DNA of 64,000 nucleotides from Marinobacterium sp. xm-d-530 (lineage in GTDB: Bacteria > Pseudomonadota > Gammaproteobacteria > Pseudomonadales > Balneatricaceae), in the NCBI GenBank assembly GCA_949499045.1, contig CATEEE010000039.1, positions 3,276 to 67,275 of the forward strand, in the 5' to 3' direction. This document shows, piece by piece, positions 30,484-40,909 of the stretch. Position 1 is the first letter of the stretch; each line of letters begins with the position of its first letter. A program made the translations under genes and the position numbers. Below the pieces are notes generated by a model, which saw nothing but the letters and a program-made list of their open reading frames with translations, did no database searches and was not told the DNA's origin.

Positions 30484-31220
30484 TCAGTATGTTACAGATC
30501 AACTGCGACATGGGTGAGAGTTTCGGTGCTTGGAAAATGGGATCTGACAGCGAAATTATGCCTCATATTGACATGGCAAATATCGCATGTGGATTCCACG
30601 CCTCCGATCCTTTGACCATGCAAAAGACGGTCAAGCTGGCAGTTGAATTTGGTGTCAAGATAGGGGCTCACCCGAGCTATCCTGACCTTGTTGGTTTTGG
30701 ACGCCGAGATATGCAAATTGCTCCGGATGAGCTCACTGCTCTTACCCTGTACCAAATTGGGGCTTTGGATGGGATCTGCCGATCTGAAGGCAGCCGAGTA
30801 GAGTACGTTAAACCCCATGGTGCACTCTATAACCGGATGATCACCGACGATGCCGTGTTACACGCGGTTCTCCGCGCAGTGGCGCGCTTTGACAAGGCGC
30901 TACCGGTCGTTGTGATGGCGATTCCTGACCATCATAGGCTCACAATAGCTGCCGCATCTGAAGGGGTGAAACTCTTGTTCGAGGTCTTCTCCGATCGTGC
31001 TTATGACGAGCAGGGGCGTCTAGCGTCGCGTAGCCTCCCAGGCGCTGTTTTAACAACGGATCAAGATATTGAGCGGCAGGTAAGAGCAATTGTCGAGCGG
31101 AGTTCAGTAATAACGCTTTCAGGCCGAGAACTGCCAGTCAAAGCGGATACAATCTGTGTGCACGGGGATGGCGCGCGTGCTGTTGAAGGTGCTCGCTTTA
31201 TCCGAAGCTTGGTGACTTAA
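30480..31220 (+). CDS. pxpA: 5-oxoprolinase subunit A (LamB/YcsF)
   Basis: INCDMGESFG, NIACGFHASDP, GAHPSYPDLVGFGRR, VKPHGALYN, TICVHGD. ATG 30480 overlaps the dctM stop. Confidence 0.94.
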   Translation: MISMLQINCDMGESFGAWKMGSDSEIMPHIDMANIACGFHASDPLTMQKTVKLAVEFGVKIGAHPSYPDLVGFGRRDMQIAPDELTALTLYQIGALDGICRSEGSRVEYVKPHGALYNRMITDDAVLHAVLRAVARFDKALPVVVMAIPDHHRLTIAAASEGVKLLFEVFSDRAYDEQGRLASRSLPGAVLTTDQDIERQVRAIVERSSVITLSGRELPVKADTICVHGDGARAVEGARFIRSLVT

Positions 31221-31223
31221 TTA

Positions 31224-31916
31224 ATGCATATAGAGATTGCGGGCGAGTCAGCTGTTATCGTCTATTTTGCGCAGGAGATCTCTCCTTTAGGCGCTTCTCA
31301 AGTCTCTGCTGCGTTCAAACGGCTTGAAGCAGCACCCCATGGAATTATTACCGACTTAATCCCCTCGTATACCTCATTGCTCGTGGCTTATGACTCATCT
31401 CTGATGAGCTCTCTTGATATTACGCGGTATTTGCGCCAACAGTTGTCCGATCTGGTAGTAGACGTAGATGACAGCGCTGATAGCTCGGTCGTTTACGTTC
31501 CAGTTTATTACGGTGAGGAAGTTGGTGTTGATCTGATCGAGGTGTCACATCAAACGGGGCTGGATGTGAATAGCATCATCACAACCCACACTACTACCGA
31601 GTATAGGGTCTATGCCATCGGTTTTGCGCCAGGCTTTGCCTATCTTGGATTGACCGAGCCGCAGTTAAAAGTAAGCCGGCGAAGCACGCCAAGGCTAAAA
31701 GTTCCCCGCGGGAGTGTCGCACTGGCCGATAATCAGACTGCGATATATCCATCTGTATCGCCGGGCGGATGGCAAATTATTGGACGAACGCCTATGACGT
31801 TGGTTGATTGGTCCAGTTCACCGATCACACCATTTCATGTAGGCGGCCGTGTGCGCTTTAGAGCAATAGATCGGCAGGAGTATCTGGACCTCGGAGGTGA
31901 ATTTGATGGGGTTTAA
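31224..31916 (+). CDS. pxpB: 5-oxoprolinase subunit B (KipI-like)
   Basis: DLIPSYTSLLV, YAIGFAPGFAYLG, YPSVSPGGWQIIGRTP. Confidence 0.94.
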   Translation: MHIEIAGESAVIVYFAQEISPLGASQVSAAFKRLEAAPHGIITDLIPSYTSLLVAYDSSLMSSLDITRYLRQQLSDLVVDVDDSADSSVVYVPVYYGEEVGVDLIEVSHQTGLDVNSIITTHTTTEYRVYAIGFAPGFAYLGLTEPQLKVSRRSTPRLKVPRGSVALADNQTAIYPSVSPGGWQIIGRTPMTLVDWSSSPITPFHVGGRVRFRAIDRQEYLDLGGEFDGV

Positions 31917-32847
31917 GGTCATTAATCCAGGGCTACTCACCACAATTCAGGATAATGGACGTTTCGGACACCAGCACATGGGGGTTACCACGGGTGGACC
32001 TCTAGATGAGTATTCCTTTACTTGGGCTAATCACTTACTTGGCAACACAACTGGGGCGGCTGTGCTTGAGATCACCTTCGGTGGTTTGGAGATTTTGGCG
32101 CAGATCAACACCAATATCGCAGTGACTGGCGCTGATCTTGGAGCAACTATAAACGGTGAAAGGATAGAGCATTGGCGTACCCACAGGGTCAAAGCGGGGG
32201 ATCGACTGAAATTCCATTCACCAGAGACTGGATTGCGAGCCTATCTGGCTGTCTCCGGTGGTTTTGAAACACCTCAGCTTTTAGGTAGCTGTTCTACAGT
32301 TATGCGTGAGGGGATTGGTGGACTGGTCTCAGATGGTACTAAGCTCAAACCAGAGGACTGGCTACCCTGTGCGGAGGCTCCGCCTCAGCAGGTCAATGCT
32401 GTGTCTGCAGAGGACATACCGGACTATCGTAAAAACCTAGAGCTGGGTCTTATTGAAGGTTACCAAATAGCCGATTTTTCGAGTGAGCAGCTGCGCAGGT
32501 TTTTCTCCAGTGAATATCAAATAACGCCCGATATCGATCGGATGGGTTATAGGCTAAAAGGTGAGGCTATCTCAGCGTCTCGGTCTGGAATCATATCGGA
32601 GGGTATTGCCGCTGGCGCCGTACAGATACCGGCTGACGGACAGCCAATCGTCCTCATGTGTGATCGGCAGACTATTGGGGGTTATCCAAAGCTTGGCTGT
32701 ATCTCCCGCCTTGGCATGGCGCAATTAGCACAGCGCGGGCCCGGTTCTAGGGTGCGATTCTACCCCATGGATGTATCGATGGCACAGGCGCAGCGATTAG
32801 CATTCAAACGCCACCTAAAGCTCTTCGACTTCCAGAATTTTGCGTAA
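31906..32847 (+). CDS. pxpC: 5-oxoprolinase subunit C (KipA-like)
   Basis: PGLLTTIQDNGR, AYLAVSGG, DRMGYRL, GAVQIPADGQPIVLMCDRQTIGGYPK. Confidence 0.94.
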   Translation: MGFKVINPGLLTTIQDNGRFGHQHMGVTTGGPLDEYSFTWANHLLGNTTGAAVLEITFGGLEILAQINTNIAVTGADLGATINGERIEHWRTHRVKAGDRLKFHSPETGLRAYLAVSGGFETPQLLGSCSTVMREGIGGLVSDGTKLKPEDWLPCAEAPPQQVNAVSAEDIPDYRKNLELGLIEGYQIADFSSEQLRRFFSSEYQITPDIDRMGYRLKGEAISASRSGIISEGIAAGAVQIPADGQPIVLMCDRQTIGGYPKLGCISRLGMAQLAQRGPGSRVRFYPMDVSMAQAQRLAFKRHLKLFDFQNFA

Positions 32848-33076
32848 GCTATTAGCGATGTGAGTTTTATTGATGGTCGACTTCCCTATCAAGTGACAGC
32901 GTGACCACAATAATATGACGATATTTTGGCGCTGCTTTGTGCCTCCAGATAATGTTGTCCTTTTAAAACTAAAATTTGAATTCCACAACGGTTGTCATAA
33001 GAGCGATCGCTATGGAACTCATGTGGTATAAGTTCTCAGTGGTTACCGAGCAATAGACAAAGTAAGCGTCCGGTAA

Positions 33077-34640
33077 TCACACCTTGTCAGACGGCATCCA
33101 GTTCTGCGGCAGTAGCTCTTCGATAGCACTAGCCTTCTGCGTTGGCAGACGTGTGAGGATATCCTTCAGGTAGGCATAGGGCTCATGCCCGTTCAGCTTA
33201 GCTGACTGGATCAGACTCATGATCGCTGCAGCGCGTTGACCACTGCGTAAAGATCCCGCAAAGAGCCAGTTCTTGCGCCCTAGCGCCCAGGGTCGTATCA
33301 AGTTCTCAACACGATTGTTGTCGATCGGGATGGCACCGTCATCCAGATAGCGTGTGAGTGCTGCCCAACGCTTGATACTGTAATCGAGTGCATTGGCTAT
33401 CGCTGTTCCATCGGGCACCTGTTGTCGTTCAGTCAGCATCCATTGAAGCAGTTTGTCTGCGATGGGTTTGGCTTGCGTCTGCCGTATTCGTTGTCGCTCA
33501 TCAGCTGGCGTTCTCGAACATCTTGCTCGACTCGGTATAACTGACGGATCAGCTTCACCGCTTCACCGGCGATCTGGCTTCTGCCAGCCACATGAAGCTC
33601 AACGAACTTACGTCTAGCGTGAGCCATACAGCCGACCTCTATGACGCCGTCATCGAAGCTCTTTTTGTAGCCTGCGTAGTCATCGCTGACTAACTGACCT
33701 TTCCATTCACCTAGGAAGTCACGCGCATGCTTACCGGAACGACCCGGCTGGAAGTCATAAATAACGGCGTTCAGTTCCGAGAACGGCGCGCTGGCATACG
33801 CCCAGATATAAGCTTTGTGGGTTTTCTTCTTACCCGGAGCAAGCATCGGTACCGGGGTCTCATCCGCATGCAGAACCGATTCCTTCAGAAGTTGTTCACG
33901 CATCGCATCCACCAACGGTTGGAGCCTTACCCCACAGACGCCGATCCACTCAGCCAAGGTTGAGCGCGAGAGCGGTACGCCAGAATGGGCGAAGATCTGT
34001 TCCTGCCGGTAGAGTGGAAGGTGGTCTGCATATTTCGAGATTAAGAGATGGGCCAGCAGTCCGGTAGTTGGGATGCCTTTATCGATAATGTGCGCAGGCA
34101 TCGGGGCTTGGGTTAGCGTTTCGCATTCACCACAGACCCATTTACTGCGGATATGGCGTTCAACGCTACAGACGCCCGGTACGTAGTCGAGCTTCTCACT
34201 CACATCCTCACCGATGCATTTCATCTGGCAACCACAACGGCACTGAGTGGAGTCCGGATCGTGATGGATTTCTGTACGCGGCAGTTCGGGCGGTAGAGGT
34301 TTACGTTTCGCCTGGCGTCTTCTACTTGGTTTGGACTCGGGCACCAGAGCATCACCGAGGTCGGTTTCAATGCCAGCAATATCTTCATCAACGATTTCGC
34401 CGAGTATGCTGATCTGGAGTGCAGTCAGATGCTCGCTGCGCTGGCCGAACTTGTGTCGTTTTAGCCATAGGTCAGCTTTTGATTAACCTGCTCCTTGTAC
34501 TTGATCGACTGATCCTGTTTCTGGATCGTTTGATCTTTGGCCTGGATGGTTTGATCCTGCTCGGTAACACGCGCGAGCAACTGTGATGCGAGTGCACGCA
34601 GTTGTTCGGGTGTGAGCTGAGAGAGATCCGGTGCTGTCAT
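33077..34640 (-). pseudogene. tnpC: IS66 TnpC transposase with two frameshifts
   Basis: ATG at 34640 reaches TAA after 59 codons, while LKRHKFGQRSE continues in another frame (shift near 34465). A second shift near 33510 separates ...DVRE from ADERQRIRQ...WMLTERQQ. Motifs LHADETP, GCMAHARRKF, IDNNRVENLIRP. Confidence 0.9.
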
Positions 34641-34725
34641 GACTAAAAGTGTGACAGAGGCGCACGACTGACGCGATCCCCTTATAGCAGAATGGCGCTC
34701 GAGCTGAGTCTATGCTGACGAGATT

Positions 34726-35061
34726 TCAAAGCCGTCTAATGACGCCTGAGGGCCCAATTCGGTGCCAAGGTAGGCCTTGGACCAGTGCACTGAGTTGCTC
34801 TTGATCCATTGCAAGGTGGCTACCTCGAGTTGTATCCACCCAACGGAATTTGCCCTGGTGTAGTCGCCGTGCACAGAGCCAGATACCCTGAACGTCATGG
34901 ATCAAGATCTTTAGCCGATGACCACGCTTGTTGGTAAACAGGTAGGCACAGTGCGGTTTAGCTTCACCAAACACCTTCACCACTCTAGCTAGAGCCGTAT
35001 CGGGCCCGGCACGCATATCCATCGGCTCAGTCGCGAGCCAGATCTGATCAATACGGATCAT
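34726..35061 (-). CDS. tnpB: IS66 accessory protein TnpB
   Basis: IWLATEPMDMRAG, YLFTNKRG, ARRLHQGKFRW. Confidence 0.93.
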   Translation of the reverse strand: MIRIDQIWLATEPMDMRAGPDTALARVVKVFGEAKPHCAYLFTNKRGHRLKILIHDVQGIWLCARRLHQGKFRWVDTTRGSHLAMDQEQLSALVQGLPWHRIGPSGVIRRL

Positions 35062-35429
35062 GAGAGCAGCGCTTTAAGCAGATGGACTGATTGCTCTTCG
35101 GAGCAGCGAAGCGTAACGGTCCCAAACTTAGAGTTAATCTCAATCGTAGTCGTGGACGCGGTTAGCGCCTTAGGGGTCGGCTCAACACCCTCAGGTTTAA
35201 CAGCTTCAATGGGAACGGGCAGAAAACCAGGATAGGTTGTGATCTCACCTTTCTGCCGAGCCCGCCACATCCACTTGTGAATGAGGTTGGCGTTCAGCGC
35301 GAACTCTTGTGCGATGCTGGCAACGGAGACCACCGGCTGCTGACAACGTTTAATGATCATCGCTTTAAAGGCGGGATCGTATCGACGGCGCTTACCGGCT
35401 TGAACGGGTTGGATTGGAAAGTTTGTCAT
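35058..35429 (-). CDS. tnpA: IS66 TnpA-like HTH protein
   Basis: RRRYDPAFK, SVASIAQEFALNANLIHKW, FLPV; first gene of the IS66 cluster. Confidence 0.85.
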   Translation of the reverse strand: MTNFPIQPVQAGKRRRYDPAFKAMIIKRCQQPVVSVASIAQEFALNANLIHKWMWRARQKGEITTYPGFLPVPIEAVKPEGVEPTPKALTASTTTIEINSKFGTVTLRCSEEQSVHLLKALLS

Positions 35430-35544
35430 TTAGGCGCCCACTTAGTATCTAGGTGGGCACCTAGCCTAGCGGGTTAAGATAGTATCGGAAGATGTGATAA
35501 CCGGACACTACTAGACAAAGACAAATACACTGGTCTATGTCTAC

Positions 35545-35640
35545 GTCCGCTATTGAGAAATCGTCAGAATGCCGTATTGGCTGCAATGTGCGCTTAGCCG
35601 CCATCTCCCGGTCGGTTCCAAATGACCCCAAAGTGCCGTT
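35545..35640. repeat. Degenerate palindromic units at the right edge of the accessory region
   Basis: GTCCGCTATTGAGAAATCG (35545-35563; 17/19 identical to 25443-25461), ATTGGCTGCAATGTGCGCTTAGCCGCCAT (35576-35604), TCGGTTCCAAATGACCCCAAAGTGCCGTT (35612-35640). Confidence 0.5.
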
Positions 35641-35662
35641 AACCGTCGTTGCTAACCATAAT

Positions 35663-36682
35663 CTAGGTTTTTCTCATAAGGAATCGGTAGAAGGCTTGAT
35701 CTGATAGGAGTGGTAACAGCCTTGTGAGTAGGGCAATAATTATCAGTGCAAAAGCCAATCTAGCCCAGAGTATGCCATGCAATTCTGCACCGGTTAGTGC
35801 GATTAGCAGGGTATCTTCAATAAGACTGTGACAAAGACCGAGTAGGGCAAAAGAGGCAAATATATCGCGTCCACTGATGGTCCCTTTCTCCGCTTCTCGA
35901 ATGAGTAACCCGCCACCGTAGGCTAAGCCCAGAGTCATCCCAATTAGGCTCATCGGTAACGCTTCGCGTTTAATGCCAATCAATTTGAGGATGGGTCTAA
36001 GCAGATATTCGATGGCGCGCTCTAGGCCAGTCACTTTGGCTACTCGAAGTACGGCGACCAATCCGACAATAACGACGACGGTCCAAAATAACATTTCTAG
36101 CTGTGCCTTGACCCAAGACGCCCAACTGTTATCACTGAGTTCAGGGGCAAAATCGAAACTGACAGGTTGTTGCATGCTGGGTATATCCTGATAAACCCAA
36201 TGCATGCAGATGGCCAACCCCAGTGCACCGCCAATACGAATCAACATCATAGGAAGCAGACGACAACCACCCCGGTAGGTAATGGCAATCTCTACAATCA
36301 GGTTGTGTGCGCCCAGCATAAGGATGCCCATCAGAGTGATCTGTTCAAGGGTCCAGACTTGTGAATAGGTGAATAGAACAATTAAGCCCGCGTAGATGTT
36401 GGTCAGTAGCGTTGTAGCCCAAACAATGCCTGCAACTGCGGGAAGTCCGAGCCACTCCATCGGTGTACTAAGTGTATTGGCTAAGAAGTCAGCTGCACCA
36501 ATTAGCTCTAAAAGACGTACGATAATGACTGCTGGGATGAGGATTTTGAACAGAGTCAGGGTGACACGGACACTGTCTTCTGTGATTTCACGAAGGTGTT
36601 TAAAAAGTGGATTCATCACAGTTCTCGGCATCATTCCCATTATTGGTGAGCAGATGCTATTATTGGGCAAGTAATTTTGCAA
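35663..36682 (-). CDS. Nucleoside-recognition (Gate) domain membrane protein
   Basis: Two Gate-like repeats (LTNIYAGL; GMTLGLAYGGGLLI; HSLIEDT). Start is uncertain and could be ATG 36616. Confidence 0.75.
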   Translation of the reverse strand: MQNYLPNNSICSPIMGMMPRTVMNPLFKHLREITEDSVRVTLTLFKILIPAVIIVRLLELIGAADFLANTLSTPMEWLGLPAVAGIVWATTLLTNIYAGLIVLFTYSQVWTLEQITLMGILMLGAHNLIVEIAITYRGGCRLLPMMLIRIGGALGLAICMHWVYQDIPSMQQPVSFDFAPELSDNSWASWVKAQLEMLFWTVVVIVGLVAVLRVAKVTGLERAIEYLLRPILKLIGIKREALPMSLIGMTLGLAYGGGLLIREAEKGTISGRDIFASFALLGLCHSLIEDTLLIALTGAELHGILWARLAFALIIIALLTRLLPLLSDQAFYRFLMRKT

Positions 36683-36752
36683 TTAAGGTTGGTAGCTTGT
36701 TGATACAAGTTATACATCCGCATCGCGTAAAACGCATTGGAGATAAGAACAG

Positions 36753-37079
36753 ATGAGCGAAAACATCCTAAACGTAACTGACGCAAGTTTCGAAGAGGAC
36801 GTCCTTAAGGCTGAAGGTCCAGTACTTGTTGATTACTGGGCAGAGTGGTGTGGCCCTTGTAAGATGATCGCACCGGTCCTTGAAGAAGTTGCGACTGAGT
36901 ACGCGGGTCGTTTGAAGGTGTGCAAATTGAACATCGATGAAAACGCTGAAACTGCTCCTAAGTTCGGTATTCGCGGTATCCCAACCTTGATGATCTTCAA
37001 AGGTGGTAACGTTGAAGCGACTAAAGTTGGCGCGCTCTCTAAGTCGCAGCTAACGGCGTTTGTTGATGCAAATATCTAA
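36753..37079 (+). CDS. trxA: Thioredoxin 1
   Basis: [18 protein letters not shown]; upstream of rho. Confidence 0.98.
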   Translation: MSENILNVTDASFEEDVLKAEGPVLVDYWAEWCGPCKMIAPVLEEVATEYAGRLKVCKLNIDENAETAPKFGIRGIPTLMIFKGGNVEATKVGALSKSQLTAFVDANI

Positions 37080-37088
37080 AAAATAGGT

Positions 37089-37116
37089 AAAAGGCGGGTT
37101 ATCCCGCCTTTTCTTT
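37089..37116 (+). terminator. trxA terminator
   Basis: AAAAGGCGGG-TTAT-CCCGCCTTTTCTTT. Confidence 0.8.
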
Positions 37117-37259
37117 GCCTATTTACTAGACAGCATCACCAACTGGCTATATATTAAGTTTGTTGGTTGATTTCTAACCAACCCAAATAATCTTCTTCTT
37201 AATTCAATCATCCCTGTCTCGCGGCTCTCGTCGTGCACGACACTATTCATAACGAAAAC

Positions 37260-38519
37260 ATGAACCTTACCGAACTCAAACTAAAAAGCATGCCTGAACT
37301 GCTCGATATCGCAGCAGAAATGGGCCTAGATAACCTTGCTCGTTCTCGTAAACAAGATGTCATCTTCTCGATCCTTAAGAAGCACGCCCGCAGTGGTGAA
37401 GATATTTACGGTGACGGTGTTCTTGAAATCTTACAGGATGGCTTCGGCTTCCTTCGTTCAGCGGACTCTTCATACCTAGCTGGACCTGATGATATTTATG
37501 TTTCACCCAGCCAGATTCGTCGTTTCAATCTGCGTACGGGTGACACCATTGCCGGAAAGATTCGTCCACCTAAAGACAGTGAGCGTTACTTTGCACTGCT
37601 GAAAGTGGCTGAGATCAACTACGACAAGCCTGAAAATGCCAAGAACAAAATTCTGTTTGAGAACCTTACGCCACTATTCGCTCAGAAGCGTCTGCGTATG
37701 GAGATCGGTAATGGTAGTACAGAAGATATTACCGCTCGTGTTTTAGACCTAGTGACTCCGGTCGGTAAAGGTCAGCGTGCATTGGTGGTTTCACCACCGA
37801 AAGCCGGTAAAACACTGATGCTACAGAACATTGCTAACAGCATCACTCGCAACAACCCAGAGTGTTACCTTATCGTTCTTCTAATTGATGAGCGTCCGGA
37901 AGAGGTAACCGACATGCAGCGCACTGTGCGTGGCGAAGTGGTTGCATCTACGTTTGATGAGCCACCATCACGTCACGTTCAAGTCGCTGAGATGGTGCTA
38001 GAGAAAGCGAAACGTCTAACTGAACATAAGAAAGACGTCGTCATTCTGCTTGATTCGATTACCCGTCTTGCTCGTGCTTACAACACAGTTGTACCTTCCT
38101 CAGGTAAAGTACTGACCGGTGGTGTCGATGCACACGCACTTGAGCGTCCTAAGCGTTTCTTTGGAGCGGCACGTAACATCGAAGAGGGTGGTAGCTTGAC
38201 GATCATCGCTACCGCACTGGTTGATACGGGTTCTAAGATGGATGAAGTTATCTTTGAGGAGTTCAAAGGTACCGGTAACGCCGAAGTTCACCTTGATCGT
38301 CGCGTTGCTGAGAAGCGCGTCTTCCCAGCGATCAACATTCGTCGTTCAGGTACGCGTCGTGAAGATCTTCTAACAACAGAAGAAGAGCTCCAACGTATGT
38401 GGATTCTGCGTAAGCTGTTGGATCCAATGGAAGATGCGGCCGCGACTGAATTTGTTATCGATAAATTGAAGGACTTCAAGACCAACGAAGAGTTCTTCCT
38501 ATCGATGAAGCGTAAGTAA
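37260..38519 (+). CDS. rho: Transcription termination factor Rho
   Basis: [46 protein letters not shown]. Start taken at ATG 37260. Confidence 0.99.
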   Translation: MNLTELKLKSMPELLDIAAEMGLDNLARSRKQDVIFSILKKHARSGEDIYGDGVLEILQDGFGFLRSADSSYLAGPDDIYVSPSQIRRFNLRTGDTIAGKIRPPKDSERYFALLKVAEINYDKPENAKNKILFENLTPLFAQKRLRMEIGNGSTEDITARVLDLVTPVGKGQRALVVSPPKAGKTLMLQNIANSITRNNPECYLIVLLIDERPEEVTDMQRTVRGEVVASTFDEPPSRHVQVAEMVLEKAKRLTEHKKDVVILLDSITRLARAYNTVVPSSGKVLTGGVDAHALERPKRFFGAARNIEEGGSLTIIATALVDTGSKMDEVIFEEFKGTGNAEVHLDRRVAEKRVFPAINIRRSGTRREDLLTTEEELQRMWILRKLLDPMEDAAATEFVIDKLKDFKTNEEFFLSMKRK

Positions 38520-38554
38520 TCAATCTGAGCGTTTATTTGGCTTAGTATTGAAAC

Positions 38555-38590
38555 AGGGCGAGCATTTACCACTCGCCCTTTTTTGTTTTT
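38555..38590 (+). terminator. Hairpin terminator after rho
   Basis: AGGGCGAG...CTCGCCCT followed by a T-rich run. Confidence 0.65.
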
Positions 38591-38602
38591 GCCGAGGATT
38601 GT

Positions 38603-40081
38603 ATGGCGACACCTAAGTACAGAGATCTGCGTGACTTTATTAGCCAGTTGGAAGCTCGTGGTGAGCTTAAGCGAATAACGCATCCTGTCGATCCCAACCT
38701 AGAGATGACAGAGATCTGTGACCGCACGCTTAAAGCCGGTGGTCCAGCACTGCTGTTTGAAAACCCGATTGGCTATGACATGCCGGTACTAGGCAATCTG
38801 TTTGGTACCCCTGATCGAGTTGCCCTAGGCATGGGTGAGGAGTCTGTGTCAGCACTACGTGGTGTAGGTAAATTGCTGGCGCAACTTAAAGAGCCTGAAC
38901 CACCCAAGGGCTTTAAAGATGCGCTAGATAAGATCCCACTCTACAAGCAAGTCCTCAACATGGGGCCTAAGGTGGTCAAAAAGGCACCCTGTCAGGAAGT
39001 TGTGCTTGAGGGTGATGCCGTCGATTTGGATTTAATTCCCATTCAAACCTGCTGGCCGGGTGATGCAGGTCCTTTGGTGACCTGGCCGTTGGTCATTACG
39101 CGCGGTCCAAACAAAAAGCGTCAAAACTTAGGTATCTATCGTCAGCAAAAAATTGCTAAGAATAAGTTGATAATGCGCTGGCTGTCGCATCGTGGTGGTG
39201 CGTTGGATTTCCTAGAGTGGAAACAACAGCATCCAGGCGAACCCTTCCCAGTTGCAGTGGCCTTAGGCGCTGATCCAGCGACGATTCTTGGGGCGGTGAC
39301 TCCTGTACCGGATACGCTGTCAGAATACGCTTTTGCTGGGCTGTTACGGGGTGGTAAAACGGAAGTGACTTGCTGTATCGGCAGTGATCTACAAGTCCCT
39401 GCCAGTGCTGAAATTGTATTAGAAGGTTACATCTACCCGGACGAGATGGCGGATGAGGGTCCCTTTGGTGATCACACGGGTTACTACAACGAGGTCGATA
39501 GTTTCCCAGTCTTTACCGTGGAGCGTATAACTAAACGCGCCGATGCGATTTACCACAGTACTTATACGGGTCGTCCACCCGATGAGCCTGCTGTGTTAGG
39601 CGTTGCATTGAACGAGGTGTTTGTACCGATCCTGCAGAAGCAGTTCCCTGAAATTGTCGATTTCTACCTGCCACCTGAAGGTTGCTCATACCGCATGGCG
39701 GTTGTCAGTATGAAGAAGCAGTACCCTGGCCATGCTAAGCGTGTAATGCTGGGTGTTTGGTCTTTCTTACGTCAATTCATGTATACCAAATTTGTTGTCG
39801 TTGTGGATGAAGACGTAAACACTCGTGACTGGCAGGATGTCATTTGGGCGATTACGACGCGCATGGATCCAGCTCGTGACACGGTTATGATTGAGAATAC
39901 CCCGATCGACTATTTAGATTTTGCATCCCCTGTGTCTGGATTGGGTTCTAAAATGGGCTTAGACGCAACCAATAAGTGGCAGGGCGAAACGGATCGTGAA
40001 TGGGGTGAGCCCATTACCATGGATGAGTCGGTTAAACGTCGGGTGGATGATATCTGGGCCGATCTTGGAATCGACGACTAA
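38603..40081 (+). CDS. ubiD: 4-hydroxy-3-polyprenylbenzoate decarboxylase
   Basis: [50 protein letters not shown]. Confidence 0.97.
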   Translation: MATPKYRDLRDFISQLEARGELKRITHPVDPNLEMTEICDRTLKAGGPALLFENPIGYDMPVLGNLFGTPDRVALGMGEESVSALRGVGKLLAQLKEPEPPKGFKDALDKIPLYKQVLNMGPKVVKKAPCQEVVLEGDAVDLDLIPIQTCWPGDAGPLVTWPLVITRGPNKKRQNLGIYRQQKIAKNKLIMRWLSHRGGALDFLEWKQQHPGEPFPVAVALGADPATILGAVTPVPDTLSEYAFAGLLRGGKTEVTCCIGSDLQVPASAEIVLEGYIYPDEMADEGPFGDHTGYYNEVDSFPVFTVERITKRADAIYHSTYTGRPPDEPAVLGVALNEVFVPILQKQFPEIVDFYLPPEGCSYRMAVVSMKKQYPGHAKRVMLGVWSFLRQFMYTKFVVVVDEDVNTRDWQDVIWAITTRMDPARDTVMIENTPIDYLDFASPVSGLGSKMGLDATNKWQGETDREWGEPITMDESVKRRVDDIWADLGIDD

Positions 40082-40153
40082 GTCCCCACTAATCTGATAC
40101 CTTTTTAAAAGTAGATTGTTAATTCGCGCAGAGCGTGGAATGTTATTTGGAGT

Positions 40154-40894
40154 ATGAACGTGGCAAGGAAAGTTACGACGATTTTATCGGCTGATTTGTT
40201 GAATAGGGATGTTTATCGTATTCGCCTTTTACTTCCTGAATCTGAGCAAGCTGGCGCTGAATTTAAAGCGGGACAGTATCTTGATATCTGTCTGCCAGAT
40301 GGAAAAAAAGCGTCATTCTCCATCGCATCTGCACCCGAGGCGGGCCGCGAGTTAGAACTCCATATCCGCCACATGCCGGAAAGTGAGTTTAACGACTCGA
40401 TCGTTCAGCATCTACTTCATCAACCCAGTGTTGAAGTTGAGTTGGCGATGGGCGACTGCACCCTCAACCTTGATGAGCTCAGTGACGGCCAGTCGATTAT
40501 CTTTGCGGCAGCCAGTACCGGTTTTTCACAGGTAAAAAGTATTGTTGAACATCTGATAGCCAGTGGTCGCAAAAACCCGATCCATGTCTACTGGGGAGCG
40601 CGTGTCGAGGAGGATATGTACCTTGAGACCCTGCCTCAGAGCTGGGCTGAACACCATTCCAACATTCACTTTATTCCTGTTGTTAGCGAACCTGAAAAAA
40701 GCCCGGGTTGGAGCGGCCGTACTGGCTTATTGCCAGCGGCAATTGTGGAAGATGTTGAAGATCTTTCTAAGACTCAGGTCTTTGCTTGTGGGTCTCCAGC
40801 AATGGTCTATGCGCTGTTGGATGCCCTAGAAGAGCAAGGCTTTACTCAGAGCCAGATGAAATCTGACGTGTTTGCCTACGCCCCACGTCCATAA
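40154..40894 (+). CDS. fre: NAD(P)H-flavin reductase (Fre-like)
   Basis: FKAGQYL, FSIASAP, IHVYWG, VFACGSP; conserved position after ubiD. Confidence 0.85.
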   Translation: MNVARKVTTILSADLLNRDVYRIRLLLPESEQAGAEFKAGQYLDICLPDGKKASFSIASAPEAGRELELHIRHMPESEFNDSIVQHLLHQPSVEVELAMGDCTLNLDELSDGQSIIFAAASTGFSQVKSIVEHLIASGRKNPIHVYWGARVEEDMYLETLPQSWAEHHSNIHFIPVVSEPEKSPGWSGRTGLLPAAIVEDVEDLSKTQVFACGSPAMVYALLDALEEQGFTQSQMKSDVFAYAPRP

Positions 40895-40909
40895 TAATTT
40901 TACTCACCT

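Larger units (their letters stand above)
33062..35511 (-). mobile_element. IS66-family insertion sequence (2,450 bp), probably inactive
   Basis: Terminal inverted repeats GTAAGCGTCCGGTAATCACACCTT (33062) and, on the minus strand from 35511, GTAGTGTCCGGTTATCACATCTT. 8-bp target duplication TAGACAAA at 33054-33061 and 35512-35519. tnpA-tnpB-tnpC order. Confidence 0.95.

Noticed and set aside
34500-34560. Short repeated unit GATCAAACNATCCAG in tnpC
   Set aside because: Encodes a coiled-coil repeat (QDQTIQAKDQTIQKQDQSIK) in the TnpC N-terminus; not an independent element.
21581-35640. Integron attC sites or a CRISPR array as the explanation for the repeats
   Set aside because: No GTTRRRY/RYYYAAC core pairs at gene ends, no integrase, no regular repeat-spacer period and no cas genes.
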